Origin: an uncultured bacterium | Lineage (GTDB): Bacteria; Gemmatimonadota; Gemmatimonadetes; Palauibacterales; Palauibacteraceae | DNA: 48,768 bases | Assembly: GCA_965364445.1 (NCBI GenBank) | Contig: CBDTXM010000003.1 | Coordinates: 1-48,768, forward strand | Direction of reading: 5' to 3' | Shown: positions 19,885 through 29,323 of the stretch, one piece after another | Layout: each line of letters starts with the position of its first letter | Position numbering within the stretch: position 1 is the first letter of the stretch | The notes under the pieces: generated by a model | The model's database searches: none | Told to the model about the DNA's origin: nothing | Seen by the model: the letters and a program-made list of their open reading frames with translations, nothing else | Program-made: the position numbers and the translations under genes

Positions 19885-21348
19885 GTGAATGCCGCCCTCC
19901 TGCTGCTGGTGGTCTACTCGGCCGGTCTGGTCGGACTGGGCCTCTGGATCGGGCGGCGGGTCGAGTCGAGCAGCACCTTCTTCGTCGCGGGCCGACGACT
20001 CGGTCCCGGCCTGCTGTTCGCCACCCTGCTCGCGGCCAACATCGGAGCCGGTTCGACGGTGGGCGCGGCGGGACTCGGGTATCGCGACGGCCTGGCCGCC
20101 TGGTGGTGGGTCGGATCGGCGGGCATCGGCACTCTGGCTCTCGCTCTCTGGGTGGGTCCCTCGATCTGGCGCATCGCGCAGGAGAGGGAGCTCTACACGG
20201 TCGGTGACTACCTGGAGGTGAGGTACGGCAGTTCCGTCCGCGCGGTCGTCGCCGTCCTGCTGTGGCTCGCGACCCTGGCGATTCTCGCAGGGCAGCTGAT
20301 CGCGGCTGCGTGGGTGCTCAACGTCGTTGCCGGGCTGCCGAAGTGGCTCGGCTGCCTGGCGGCCGGGGGCGTGATGACCGCCTACTTCGCTTCGGGCGGG
20401 CTTCTGACTTCCGCCTGGGTGAACCTCGTGCAGCTCGCGGTTCTGCTCGCCGGCTTCGCCCTCGCCCTGCCCGTGGCCCTTCAGGGGGCGGGTGGCTGGG
20501 AGGCCGTGGTAGCGGCGGCGCCGTCGGACAACCCCGACTGGTTCGCGTTCGGTCGGAGCGGGGCTTCGGGCTGGACCTGGATATTCCTCCTCGCTCCCGC
20601 GTTCATCGTGTCGCCGGGACTCCTGCAGAAAGTCTACGGCGCCCGCGATGAAGCGACGGTCCGACGAGCCGGGGTCGCCTGCGCCGCGGCCCTTCTCCTC
20701 TTCGCCTTCGTGCCGCCCCTTCTCGGCATGACGGCTCGCGCGATCGCGCCCGAGCTCGCCAACCCGGAACTGGCGCTGCCGACCGTGCTGATGGACGGCC
20801 TGCCGGTGTTCCTCGGGGCGCTCGCCCTCGCGGCGGTGTTCTCGGCCGAGATCAGCTCGGCCGACGCGATTCTGTTCATGCTGGCCACGTCGCTGTCGGA
20901 AGACCTGTGGCGACGGTTCGTGCGTCCGGATGCCACGGATCGGCAGGTGTTGCGAATGGCACGCCTGGCGGCGTTCGGTGGAGGAGGGCTGGGAATCTGC
21001 CTCGCGCTGGCGTTGCCTTCGGTGATCGGAGCGCTGGCGATCTTCTATACGCTGCTTTCCGTGAGCCTGTTCGTGCCGCTGATCGCGGGCCTGAATACAC
21101 GCCGGCCCGGTCCCGCCGCCGCGCTCGCCGCGATCGCGGCCGGCGTGCTGACCGTGCTCGGAGCGAGGGCCGCGGGAGTCCCGGCCTCGGGTCTCTACTC
21201 TCCGTACGTCCTGGGGCTCGCGGCCTCGGCTCTCGCCTTTGGAGCCGCGTCCGTCGCCGAGCCAGTGCTCAAGCGATCGCGCACTCGTTCTTGCCCGCCT
21301 CGAGGAGGTCCGCCTCCGCCTGTCCCACCTCGACGAGGCCCACGTTGA
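19885..21348 (+). CDS. Sodium:solute symporter (SSS)
   Basis: FFVAGRRLG, many TM helices, AVFSAEISSAD. Confidence 0.9.
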   Translation: MNAALLLLVVYSAGLVGLGLWIGRRVESSSTFFVAGRRLGPGLLFATLLAANIGAGSTVGAAGLGYRDGLAAWWWVGSAGIGTLALALWVGPSIWRIAQERELYTVGDYLEVRYGSSVRAVVAVLLWLATLAILAGQLIAAAWVLNVVAGLPKWLGCLAAGGVMTAYFASGGLLTSAWVNLVQLAVLLAGFALALPVALQGAGGWEAVVAAAPSDNPDWFAFGRSGASGWTWIFLLAPAFIVSPGLLQKVYGARDEATVRRAGVACAAALLLFAFVPPLLGMTARAIAPELANPELALPTVLMDGLPVFLGALALAAVFSAEISSADAILFMLATSLSEDLWRRFVRPDATDRQVLRMARLAAFGGGGLGICLALALPSVIGALAIFYTLLSVSLFVPLIAGLNTRRPGPAAALAAIAAGVLTVLGARAAGVPASGLYSPYVLGLAASALAFGAASVAEPVLKRSRTRSCPPRGGPPPPVPPRRGPR

Positions 21349-22426
21349 TCGCCTTGATCCTGGGGTAAGCTCCAGGCGCCGGGCCCGTGTGAGCGTTGAC
21401 CCAGTAGAGAAACTGCTCCCTGTCGGCAGCCATCCGCAGCGCTGCGTTCGATTCGCGCAGGCGGCCGAGCTCCCGGCCCACGGTCCGGTCGGCGCACCGC
21501 TCCGATTCCTCGGCGTAGTGCGCCGGCAGAGCCAGCCAGCGCTCATCCCACTCCGTCAGCGCCGCGTGCGTGCTGGCCCACAGATCCCGGCTCCATTCCT
21601 CGGCGCGCCCTGCGAGATCGGGCCGACCCACAGACTCGACGAACAGGAAGTCCCCGGTGAGGGCCACCCCGTCGCCGGCGACCAGAGTCACGCTCCCCTC
21701 TGTGTGACCGGGTGTGTGAATGACCCGCACCCGTCCCCCACCGACCTGCAGTTCCCGACCGTTCTCGATCGCGGTGAAGGGAAGAACCCCTTCCGTTCCG
21801 TCGTACGGGTACACCATGTCCGCCGGGTGCAGGTACCAGGGCACCTCCAGGGCTGCCGCCAGGTCCGGTCCACCGCTGATGTAGTCGGCGTGCACGTGAG
21901 TGTCCGCGACTGCCGTGATCCGCGCACCCGCTCGTTCGGCCTCCTCCAGCCAGGGTCCCGGAAAGCGTGACACGTCTACCGCGATCGCTTCATCACCGCT
22001 GACCAGCAGGTAGCCGAGCGCCCCCTTTCCCGGCCGGTCGAATTGCACGAGCCCGTCGAATCCGCGTGGCGGTGGCAGGTGCCGGGGCAGGGAGAGGTGC
22101 ATCCAGGCCGTGATCCCCCCGGCGAGGGATCGCGCTTCATAACCGGCCACGGTCAGCCAGGCGGCGACACGAAGGCTGTCGTTACCCCGGCCACAGACGA
22201 CCACTACCTCGTCGTCGGAGGTCAGCCCGATCTCGGCCGGGTCGGACATGGCGACCAGTTCAGAGCCACGAACGTTGAAGAACCGGTCCGGCTCCACAGG
22301 ACTCACGACGCCGGCCTCCAGGCGCTCGGGCGCCCGGACGTCCAGCACCTGCAATCGATCGCCTTCCTCGAGTCGGCGGGCGAGCTCCGCGGGCGCGATC
22401 TCGAGCTGATCCCGGGTCAGCCGCAT
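21269..22426 (-). CDS. Rhodanese + metallo-beta-lactamase-fold fusion (persulfide dioxygenase-like)
   Basis: LDVR, CGRGNDS, LAGGITAW, then THVHADY, HTPGHT, TGDFLF, GRPDL, PAH. Confidence 0.85.
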   Translation of the reverse strand: MRLTRDQLEIAPAELARRLEEGDRLQVLDVRAPERLEAGVVSPVEPDRFFNVRGSELVAMSDPAEIGLTSDDEVVVVCGRGNDSLRVAAWLTVAGYEARSLAGGITAWMHLSLPRHLPPPRGFDGLVQFDRPGKGALGYLLVSGDEAIAVDVSRFPGPWLEEAERAGARITAVADTHVHADYISGGPDLAAALEVPWYLHPADMVYPYDGTEGVLPFTAIENGRELQVGGGRVRVIHTPGHTEGSVTLVAGDGVALTGDFLFVESVGRPDLAGRAEEWSRDLWASTHAALTEWDERWLALPAHYAEESERCADRTVGRELGRLRESNAALRMAADREQFLYWVNAHTGPAPGAYPRIKAINVGLVEVGQAEADLLEAGKNECAIA

Positions 22427-22433
22427 GGCTTCC

Positions 22434-23822
22434 TCACGGCGCGAGCAGGGACTGGACCTCTTCAGGCGCCTTCGGGATCGGCTCGCCGAGGATCCGATGG
22501 CCGGCGGCGGTCACGACCACGTCATCTTCGATTCTGACACCGCCGAATTCCTTCCACGACTCGAGCTCATCGTAGTCGATGAAGGAGGCATGCCGTCCGT
22601 CCGCCTTCCACCGCTCGATCAGGGCCGGAATCAGGTAGATGCCCGGCTCGACCGTGAGGACGAATCCCTCTTCGAGGGTGCGGCCGAGGCGAAGCGAGGC
22701 GAGTCCGAACTGCTCGCTGCGCTTCATATCGGATCCGTACCCGGCATACGTCTCGTCCAGGCCCTCCGCGTCGTGCACGTCGAGCCCCATCATGTGACCC
22801 AGGCCATGCGGCATGAACAGCGCATGTGCGCCGGCTGCCACTGCTTCGGCCGGATCGCCCTTCATCAGGCCGAGCGCGCCGAGGCCCTCGGCCAGGATCC
22901 GGCAGGCATCCAGGTGCACTTCGCGGTACGTGATTCCCGGTCTGACCGCCTCGACCGAGCGGACTTCGGCGTCGAGCACCAGATCGTAGATCGCGCGCTG
23001 CCGATCGTCGAAACGCCCACCGATCGGCAGGGTCCGCGTGATGTCACCGGCATACCCGGAAGGCGATACACCACCGGTGTCCAGCACGACGAGATCGCCG
23101 GCTTCGAGTGTGTTGTGGTAGTGGTGATTGTGAAGCGTCTCGCCGTGCTTCGAGCAGATGATCGGGAAGGACAGACGGCCGCCGTGGCGGAGGGCGACAC
23201 CCTCGACCGCGCCGGCCACCTCCCACTCTGCGACGCCCGGCCGGGCCACGCGCATGCCTTCGAGGTGCATCGCCCGCGTGATCGCCATCGCCTTCTCGAT
23301 CTCGGCGATTTCTTCGTCACTCTTGACGATCCGCTGGTCCACGACCGCCTCGATGAACGGCCTCGACACCAGTTCGTCCACCGCTGAAACCGTGATTCCC
23401 AGCCATTCCGCGACCCGGATCCGGCTCGAAGCTCGGTAGAGGGGCAGGATATGCACCGGCCGGCCGGAAGACCGCAGACTCCGGAGCCGCTCGGGCAGCG
23501 TTTCGATCGGCTCGGACCGGGTGGCTCCGATCCGCTCCGCCTTCGAGGCGATCGAAGGTTGGGGACCGGTCCACACGACTTCATCGATCGTCGGATCGTG
23601 ACCGAACAGGGTCGCATCGCCGCTCTCGAGGTCAATGAGCCCCGCCAGCCCCGGCTCATCGAGCCCCCAGTAGTAGAGGAAGCTGCGATCCTGCCAGAAC
23701 GGATACGGATTGTCCGCATAGTTCATCGGCTCCAGATCGTTGCCCACGAACAGCAGGACTCCCGACCCCACGCGCCGCGCCAGGTCGTTCCTTCGATCAG
23801 TGTACGTGCCCGCCTCGAACAT
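22434..23822 (-). CDS. pepP: Xaa-Pro aminopeptidase (M24B)
   Basis: TLHNH, DTG...YAGDITRT, HGLGHMMGLDVHD, TVEPGIY, GVRIEDD. Confidence 0.92.
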   Translation of the reverse strand: MFEAGTYTDRRNDLARRVGSGVLLFVGNDLEPMNYADNPYPFWQDRSFLYYWGLDEPGLAGLIDLESGDATLFGHDPTIDEVVWTGPQPSIASKAERIGATRSEPIETLPERLRSLRSSGRPVHILPLYRASSRIRVAEWLGITVSAVDELVSRPFIEAVVDQRIVKSDEEIAEIEKAMAITRAMHLEGMRVARPGVAEWEVAGAVEGVALRHGGRLSFPIICSKHGETLHNHHYHNTLEAGDLVVLDTGGVSPSGYAGDITRTLPIGGRFDDRQRAIYDLVLDAEVRSVEAVRPGITYREVHLDACRILAEGLGALGLMKGDPAEAVAAGAHALFMPHGLGHMMGLDVHDAEGLDETYAGYGSDMKRSEQFGLASLRLGRTLEEGFVLTVEPGIYLIPALIERWKADGRHASFIDYDELESWKEFGGVRIEDDVVVTAAGHRILGEPIPKAPEEVQSLLAP

Positions 23823-23860
23823 ATCGTTTCCCTTCCGTTGGCTGATTCCTCGACCGCCTG

Positions 23861-25177
23861 TCAGGATGCTCCGAGTGCGCTTCCCGCGAGCACTTCTCCG
23901 AGCTCGCTCACGACACGGTCGGCATCTGTCGCCTCGAACACCAGCGGTGGCTTGATTTTGATCACGTTCCGATAGGGACCGTCCGTGCTGAGCAGGATGC
24001 CACGTTCCCGCATTTCATTGACGATCGCCGACGCCCGGCTCGCAGCAGGTTCGAGCGTTTCGGGATCGAGCACGAGTTCGGCGCCGATGAAGAGGCCCAG
24101 TCCACGAACGTCGCCGATGATCGGGCAGCTCCTGGAAAGCTCGCGCAGACCTGCCTGGAATCGTTCGCCCACCGAGCGTGCGTTCTCCATCAGCTCTTCG
24201 TCCTCGATCACATCCAGGACGGCCAGGCCGACCGCACACGAGACCGGATTGCCGCCGAACGTGTTGAAGTACTCCATGCCGTTGTCGAATGCCTCTGCGA
24301 TGGCGCGGGTCGTGACTACGGCCCCCATCGGGTGACCGTTGCCGATCGGCTTTCCGAGGGTGACGATGTCCGGTATCGCTCCCTGCGCCTCGAATCCCCA
24401 CCAGTGGGTCCCGACTCTGCCGAATCCGACCTGTACTTCGTCGGCCACGCTCAGGGCACCGGCGGACCGCGCAGCTTCGAATGCCGCGGGCAGGAAACCG
24501 TGCGGGGGTACGATCTGACCCGCACAGCCCGGCACGGATTCCGCAAAAAACGCCGCAGCCGGGCGCCCCCTCGACTCGGCGGCTCTCAGTTCGTCCGTAA
24601 CGGTGAGAGCGTACCGTTCTCCCGCGGTCGGGTCACCGTACCGGTAGGGTCCGCGGAACGGATCCGGCACTGGCGCGACATGAACGTGCTCCGGTCGTCC
24701 GGCACCGCCGGGGCCGTTGAACTTGTACGGACTCAGGTCCACCGTCCCGCCCGTATTCCCGTGGTACGCCCCGTCGAGCACCACCACGTCGCGCCTTCCC
24801 GTAGCGGTCCGGGCCAGCCGCAGGGCCAGTTCGTTGGCTTCGCTGCCCGAGCAGACGAAGAAGCAGACTTCGAGAGGGTCCGGGAACAGGCCGCCGAGTC
24901 TGCGCGCGTACTCGACGATGTTCTCGTGCAGGTAGCGAGTATTGGTGTTCAGCTCGGCCATCTGCCGCGATGCGGCCTCCACGACCCGCGGATGTCCATG
25001 TCCGACGTGGCAGACGTTGTTGACGCAATCGAGATAGGCTCGACCCTCGGTGTCATACAAGAACTGTCGTTCGGCACGAACGATGTGCAGCGGATGCCGG
25101 TAGGACAGGCTGAGCGATCCGCCCAGGTGCTTGTCGCGGAGAGCGAGAATCTCGTTGGCGGTCAATCCTGTTGCCAT
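23861..25177 (-). CDS. Class III PLP enzyme, PHYKPL/ETNPPL-like phospho-lyase
   Basis: [64 protein letters not shown]. Confidence 0.88.
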   Translation of the reverse strand: MATGLTANEILALRDKHLGGSLSLSYRHPLHIVRAERQFLYDTEGRAYLDCVNNVCHVGHGHPRVVEAASRQMAELNTNTRYLHENIVEYARRLGGLFPDPLEVCFFVCSGSEANELALRLARTATGRRDVVVLDGAYHGNTGGTVDLSPYKFNGPGGAGRPEHVHVAPVPDPFRGPYRYGDPTAGERYALTVTDELRAAESRGRPAAAFFAESVPGCAGQIVPPHGFLPAAFEAARSAGALSVADEVQVGFGRVGTHWWGFEAQGAIPDIVTLGKPIGNGHPMGAVVTTRAIAEAFDNGMEYFNTFGGNPVSCAVGLAVLDVIEDEELMENARSVGERFQAGLRELSRSCPIIGDVRGLGLFIGAELVLDPETLEPAASRASAIVNEMRERGILLSTDGPYRNVIKIKPPLVFEATDADRVVSELGEVLAGSALGAS

Positions 25178-26193
25178 GTCAACTCCGCGAATGCCGTTGC
25201 CAGACCGGAGCGGAACTCCTCCGCGGCGAGCCGCTCCAGCAACCGCCAGGCGGGAGCCTCCGAAACCGTGACGAACGCGTTGTCCGGGTCACGTGCGCGC
25301 TCGTACGCCGAGATCGCCACACTGGCGCAGAGCCGCGCTTCGATCAAGTCGGGCAGTAGCCCCAGTTCATCCAGCCCCAACGGCAACGCTGCCTGGTATC
25401 CGGCGAGCAGCGCGCCGGCAGCCTCGACCGGCTCTTCGCTCCCGAGCATCGCGTAGGTCATGGCGATCGCCGCCTCGGCTACCCGCGGGGTCCACAACAG
25501 ATCGCCGAAATCCAGCAGGGCGCAGGGAACGAACCTGTCCCCTGCACCGGCAGGTTGAACCAGGAGATTGTGATCGTTTGCGTCGTTGTGCACGACCTGG
25601 AAAGGCAGTCGCGCCAGGCGTGGAATCATGTCGGTTGCGAACCGGCGCAGACTGCGCAGGACGTGCTGGCGTCCGTCGGGATCCGGGATGTGAGCGGTGA
25701 GCCCGATGACGCCCGGCGCCCGCATCAGGTCCCAACGGAACTCACGGTGGACCGCGGGATCGTCAAATCCGGCAAGCCGTGCGTCGAGCTCGCCGAGCGC
25801 ACGGCCGAACTCCCGATGCAACGTGTGCGGCCTGGACTCGAGATGTGCGATTGGCTGCCCCTCCAGCCAGCTGACCAGCCAGACCAGGTGCCCTCTCGCA
25901 CGTATCGTCGCGTCACCGTTCGGACGGCGCGTGACGCAGGGCACGCGGAGAGCGATCGGAGGGTCTGCGGCCAGGTGCTCGAGCGCACGAACCTGTGCAT
26001 CCAGGAATTCCGGCAGTTCGGAGGAGTTGGAGATCTTGAGGACGAAGCTCTCCTCGCCCGCCGTATCCAGCCGGAAATTCTGATCGATCGAACTGGGCAG
26101 TGCGCTCGCCACCGCGTCGATTCCCCAGTGAACGCTCGCGAGTTCTTCTGCCTGGGCGGCCGTGAATCGGGGAACGATCGCGTTGCGGATCAG
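25162..26193 (-). CDS. Hydroxylysine-kinase-like phosphotransferase (APH family), probable CTG start
   Basis: [24 protein letters not shown]. The family-like N-terminus [17 protein letters not shown] lies upstream of the track start (26112). An in-frame CTG at 26193 overlaps the upstream stop. Confidence 0.82.
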   Translation of the reverse strand: MIRNAIVPRFTAAQAEELASVHWGIDAVASALPSSIDQNFRLDTAGEESFVLKISNSSELPEFLDAQVRALEHLAADPPIALRVPCVTRRPNGDATIRARGHLVWLVSWLEGQPIAHLESRPHTLHREFGRALGELDARLAGFDDPAVHREFRWDLMRAPGVIGLTAHIPDPDGRQHVLRSLRRFATDMIPRLARLPFQVVHNDANDHNLLVQPAGAGDRFVPCALLDFGDLLWTPRVAEAAIAMTYAMLGSEEPVEAAGALLAGYQAALPLGLDELGLLPDLIEARLCASVAISAYERARDPDNAFVTVSEAPAWRLLERLAAEEFRSGLATAFAELTWQQD

Positions 26194-26516
26194 ACGGTCG
26201 CCTTGTGCAGCTTTCGCTTGAGCCGATGGATCTTGCGGCGGATCCGCTTGAGTTCGACGGGATCCTTCGCCGCGAGAACCTCGTCGCGTTTCAGCTTCAA
26301 CTCCTTGATCTGCGCCTTGATCGCTGCCTTGTCGATCCCCACGACCTCGTGGTGGGCGTGGTCCTCGACACCGAGCACGTGGCAGAGGGCGGGAACGAGG
26401 TGTTCCTTGTGCATGGTCAGGAAGCCGTGAAGCTCGTCGTGGTCACCCAGCTCCTCTGCGATCTCCCGCAGCTTCTTCACCGGCATCTTGTGGAGGTCTT
26501 CCCATGTGTAATCCAT
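26190..26516 (-). CDS. Small protein: Rho-N/HeH-like N-terminus, His-rich linker, basic C-terminal helices
   Basis: GGAGG RBS before ATG 26516. LHKMPVKKLREIAEELG...MHKEHLV, then HAHHE, then KRIRRKIHRLKRKLHK. Confidence 0.8.
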   Translation of the reverse strand: MDYTWEDLHKMPVKKLREIAEELGDHDELHGFLTMHKEHLVPALCHVLGVEDHAHHEVVGIDKAAIKAQIKELKLKRDEVLAAKDPVELKRIRRKIHRLKRKLHKATV

Positions 26517-26689
26517 TCGCTTCCTCCAGGTATGGGTTCCGCGATCGCGACCGGGCGGCCGCAGGAGAGAATATATCCCGACGAGCACGTTTCCCGCACC
26601 GCCCGTGCCCTCTTAGCTTGCCCGCGTGACCCTGCGGGTCGGCGAGTGGCCGACACGTCCCCGAAGACCTGTCCGGCAAGGAGCTTCCG

Positions 26690-28003
26690 CTGACCAGAAA
26701 CGAGCTCCCCGAATCGACTCGTATCGTCGTGATCGGCGGCGGCGTCATAGGGGTCTGTGTCGCCTATTTCCTCGCCCGCAGCGGTGCGGACGTGGTCGTC
26801 CTCGAGCGGGGCGACCTGGCGGGGGGCGCGAGCCGGGGCAACGCGGGGATGATCTCGCCGGGACATCCCCCCATCAACGGTCCCGGCCGGATCCGGCAGG
26901 CGATTCGCTCGCTCGCCGACCCGTTGAGTCCGCTCTACGTCGCCCCCCGTTGGGACCCCGAGCTCGTTCGCTGGCTCTGGTCGTTCGCCCGTCACTGCAC
27001 GGAATCGCACCTCGAGTACGCCATGGCGGCACTCGCTCCGCTCGGACTCGCCACCCCCGGGCTTTTCGATGCCCTGGTTCGGGAAGAAGAGCTGGAATGC
27101 GACTACCGGCCATCGGGTTACCTGGAAGTCTGCCGCAGCGAAGCCGGGATGGACGCGGTCCGACGCGAGGCTCGGTTGATCGGCCGGTACGGGTTCGAGA
27201 CGGAGGAGCTGTCGGCCGGGGCGCTGCGCGAACGCGAGCCCGCGATTCGCGAAGACGTCATCGGGGGCTTCGCACACGCCGACGGATCGACGGTCAATCC
27301 GAGTCGGTTCGTGACGGAGCTGGCGCGCGCCGCGGCGAATCGTGGCGCCCGAATCCGTTCCGGGGTGACCGTGGAGCGAATCGAGGTGTCGGGAGATCGG
27401 GTGACCGGCGTCCGGATCCGAAGCAGCGGACGATCCGGTCGTGATGGGGATGCAGGTCAGGGCGAGAGTATCGAGGCCGGCACGGTCGTTGTCGCCACGG
27501 GCTCCTACAGCGGCGGGCTGCTGGAGAGGCTCGGCGTCGGACTCCCGATCCAGCCGGCCAAGGGCTACCACGAGGATCGGGACCCGGAACTTGCGAGCAC
27601 GCCTGACCTGAAGCAGCCCTGCCTGCTGGTTGAACGCTCCGTGTTCTGCACACCGATGGATGACTTCGTCCGATTCGCAGGCACGCTCGAATTCAGCGGC
27701 CTGAACCACGACGTCAGGCCCGACCGGCTCCAGCAACTGATGCGTTCCGCCTCACTCTATTTCGACGGTGTGCAGCTGGCCGAACCGCTGGATGTCTGGG
27801 TGGGTCTGCGGCCCTGCACACCCGACGGGCTTCCGGCGATCGGATCGATTGCCGGCTACCGGGGCCTGTACGCGGCCACAGGCCATGGAATGCTCGGTCT
27901 GACGCTCGGACCGGTGACGGGCAAACTGCTGTCCGAGCAGATCCTGGCGGGAACGGCTTCCCTGCCGATCGAGCCATTCGATCCCGGCAGGTTCCTGCGC
28001 TGA
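26690..28003 (+). CDS. DadA-family FAD-dependent D-amino-acid oxidoreductase, probable CTG start
   Basis: RIVVIGGGVIG, GASRGNAG, WVGLRPCTPDGLP, GHGMLGLTLG. AAGGAG lies 6 nt before the in-frame CTG at 26690. Confidence 0.88.
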   Translation: MTRNELPESTRIVVIGGGVIGVCVAYFLARSGADVVVLERGDLAGGASRGNAGMISPGHPPINGPGRIRQAIRSLADPLSPLYVAPRWDPELVRWLWSFARHCTESHLEYAMAALAPLGLATPGLFDALVREEELECDYRPSGYLEVCRSEAGMDAVRREARLIGRYGFETEELSAGALREREPAIREDVIGGFAHADGSTVNPSRFVTELARAAANRGARIRSGVTVERIEVSGDRVTGVRIRSSGRSGRDGDAGQGESIEAGTVVVATGSYSGGLLERLGVGLPIQPAKGYHEDRDPELASTPDLKQPCLLVERSVFCTPMDDFVRFAGTLEFSGLNHDVRPDRLQQLMRSASLYFDGVQLAEPLDVWVGLRPCTPDGLPAIGSIAGYRGLYAATGHGMLGLTLGPVTGKLLSEQILAGTASLPIEPFDPGRFLR

Positions 28004-28042
28004 GTGAATTCCGGGCGGGGAAGTGTAGACCTGAGCGGAGTG

Positions 28043-28070
28043 ACCGGGCCGCCCCGGAAGGCGGCCCGGT
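28043..28070. terminator. GC hairpin between convergent genes
   Basis: ACCGGGCCGCC-CCGGAA-GGCGGCCCGGT, no U-tract. Confidence 0.5.
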
Positions 28071-28079
28071 GGCCGGGAT

Positions 28080-29237
28080 TCAGCGATTCGGGCCCTGTCC
28101 GGGGATCGGCTTCACCGTCGCCCATACACCGGCGTGATCGCTGGGCCACAGGTCCGATGGGGTCTTCTCCGAGGGATCGGCACCGAGGCGCTCGGCCTGC
28201 ACGTCTCCGGCGATTCCGATCCCGCCGAGCGGAGCAGGATCCCGGAAGAACACGAGGTCGAACCTGCGATCGAGAAGCGAAACGGGATTCAACAGGTCGT
28301 TGTCCTGGCAACAGGTTGGGCCGGGATCGTCCGGCAGGGCGAGCGTCCACAGGTCGGTGAAACCGGCATCGGTGAACTTCCCATAGGAATCCGTCCACGT
28401 ATTCCCCGGTGCCGTGTTCAGATCGCCCATCACGAAGCTGGGACCATCCCATCCGTCCAACCACGTAATCAGCTCGTCCGCCTGCGCCAGCTGTTCGGTC
28501 TCGCCCTCTTCTCTCGGGGTGAGATGCGTGGACACGACCCTGTAAGGGAGACCCTTGACCTCGACCACGGCGCTGGCGAAGCCCCGGGTGATCTCGAGCG
28601 CCTGCCCCCCGACGATCAGCGACGGGTTCTCGGCGTAGTTCGCCGTGACGACGGAGTGCCAGGGCACATCGTCGCGCACCAGAACGACGTCCATGTCCTC
28701 GAGCCGGATGTCCACCAGGTCGGTGGCCGGATTCATGCCGAGCAGCGCCGGCACCTCGATTCCGAAATTGTCCACTACTGCCGCCGCGACGTAGGGAGCG
28801 CCCCGGTCGGCGAGCGCGGCAAGCAGGACGTCGAGGTAGTCGGTGTGTTCCGCCCACTCTCCCGGCGACCCGGTGACGATGCTGGGCGCCCGGAGGGAAA
28901 AGCGAGACACCTCCTGCAGCGCGACGGCGTGCGGACGTCTTTCGGCGATCGCATCGGCGATGGACTCGGCCCGCTCGCGGAAATCGGTCGCCTGCACGGC
29001 GGCCCATTCCAGTCCCGCGAGATAGACCAGCTCCTCGAGGGAACCGGCGTTCGCGATACTCTCGATTTCGCTGCCGACGTAGAGATTCCATGTCATCAGG
29101 CCGATCTCGGGCGAACCGGCACGCTCGATCCCCGCCTGAAGGTCGGAATCCTCCGGCCCCAGGATGTCGTCGCCGCAGGCGCCGACGCCGGCCAGGAGGC
29201 AGCAGACCAGTGTGAGGAACGTCATAATTCTCTTCAT
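28080..29237 (-). CDS. Endonuclease/exonuclease/phosphatase (EEP) family lipoprotein
   Basis: Lipobox VGAC, MTWNLY, ALQEV, STHL, MGDLN, RFDLVF, PSDHAG. Confidence 0.9.
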   Translation of the reverse strand: MKRIMTFLTLVCCLLAGVGACGDDILGPEDSDLQAGIERAGSPEIGLMTWNLYVGSEIESIANAGSLEELVYLAGLEWAAVQATDFRERAESIADAIAERRPHAVALQEVSRFSLRAPSIVTGSPGEWAEHTDYLDVLLAALADRGAPYVAAAVVDNFGIEVPALLGMNPATDLVDIRLEDMDVVLVRDDVPWHSVVTANYAENPSLIVGGQALEITRGFASAVVEVKGLPYRVVSTHLTPREEGETEQLAQADELITWLDGWDGPSFVMGDLNTAPGNTWTDSYGKFTDAGFTDLWTLALPDDPGPTCCQDNDLLNPVSLLDRRFDLVFFRDPAPLGGIGIAGDVQAERLGADPSEKTPSDLWPSDHAGVWATVKPIPGQGPNR

Positions 29238-29296
29238 CGGAACCCGTCTCCGCTTCGGGTGAACAGAAGGACTCTGCCCCCAGCCTTCCCGGAGCG

Positions 29297-29314
29297 GGTC
29301 AAGCCCGAGTCAAG
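29297..29314 (-). promoter_or_regulatory. Heptamer direct repeat with 11-bp period (candidate SARP site)
   Basis: Minus strand CTTGACT-CGGG-CTTGACC, about 60 nt upstream of the EEP start and just downstream of the SARP-type gene. Confidence 0.45.
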
Positions 29315-29323
29315 GAGGCACGG

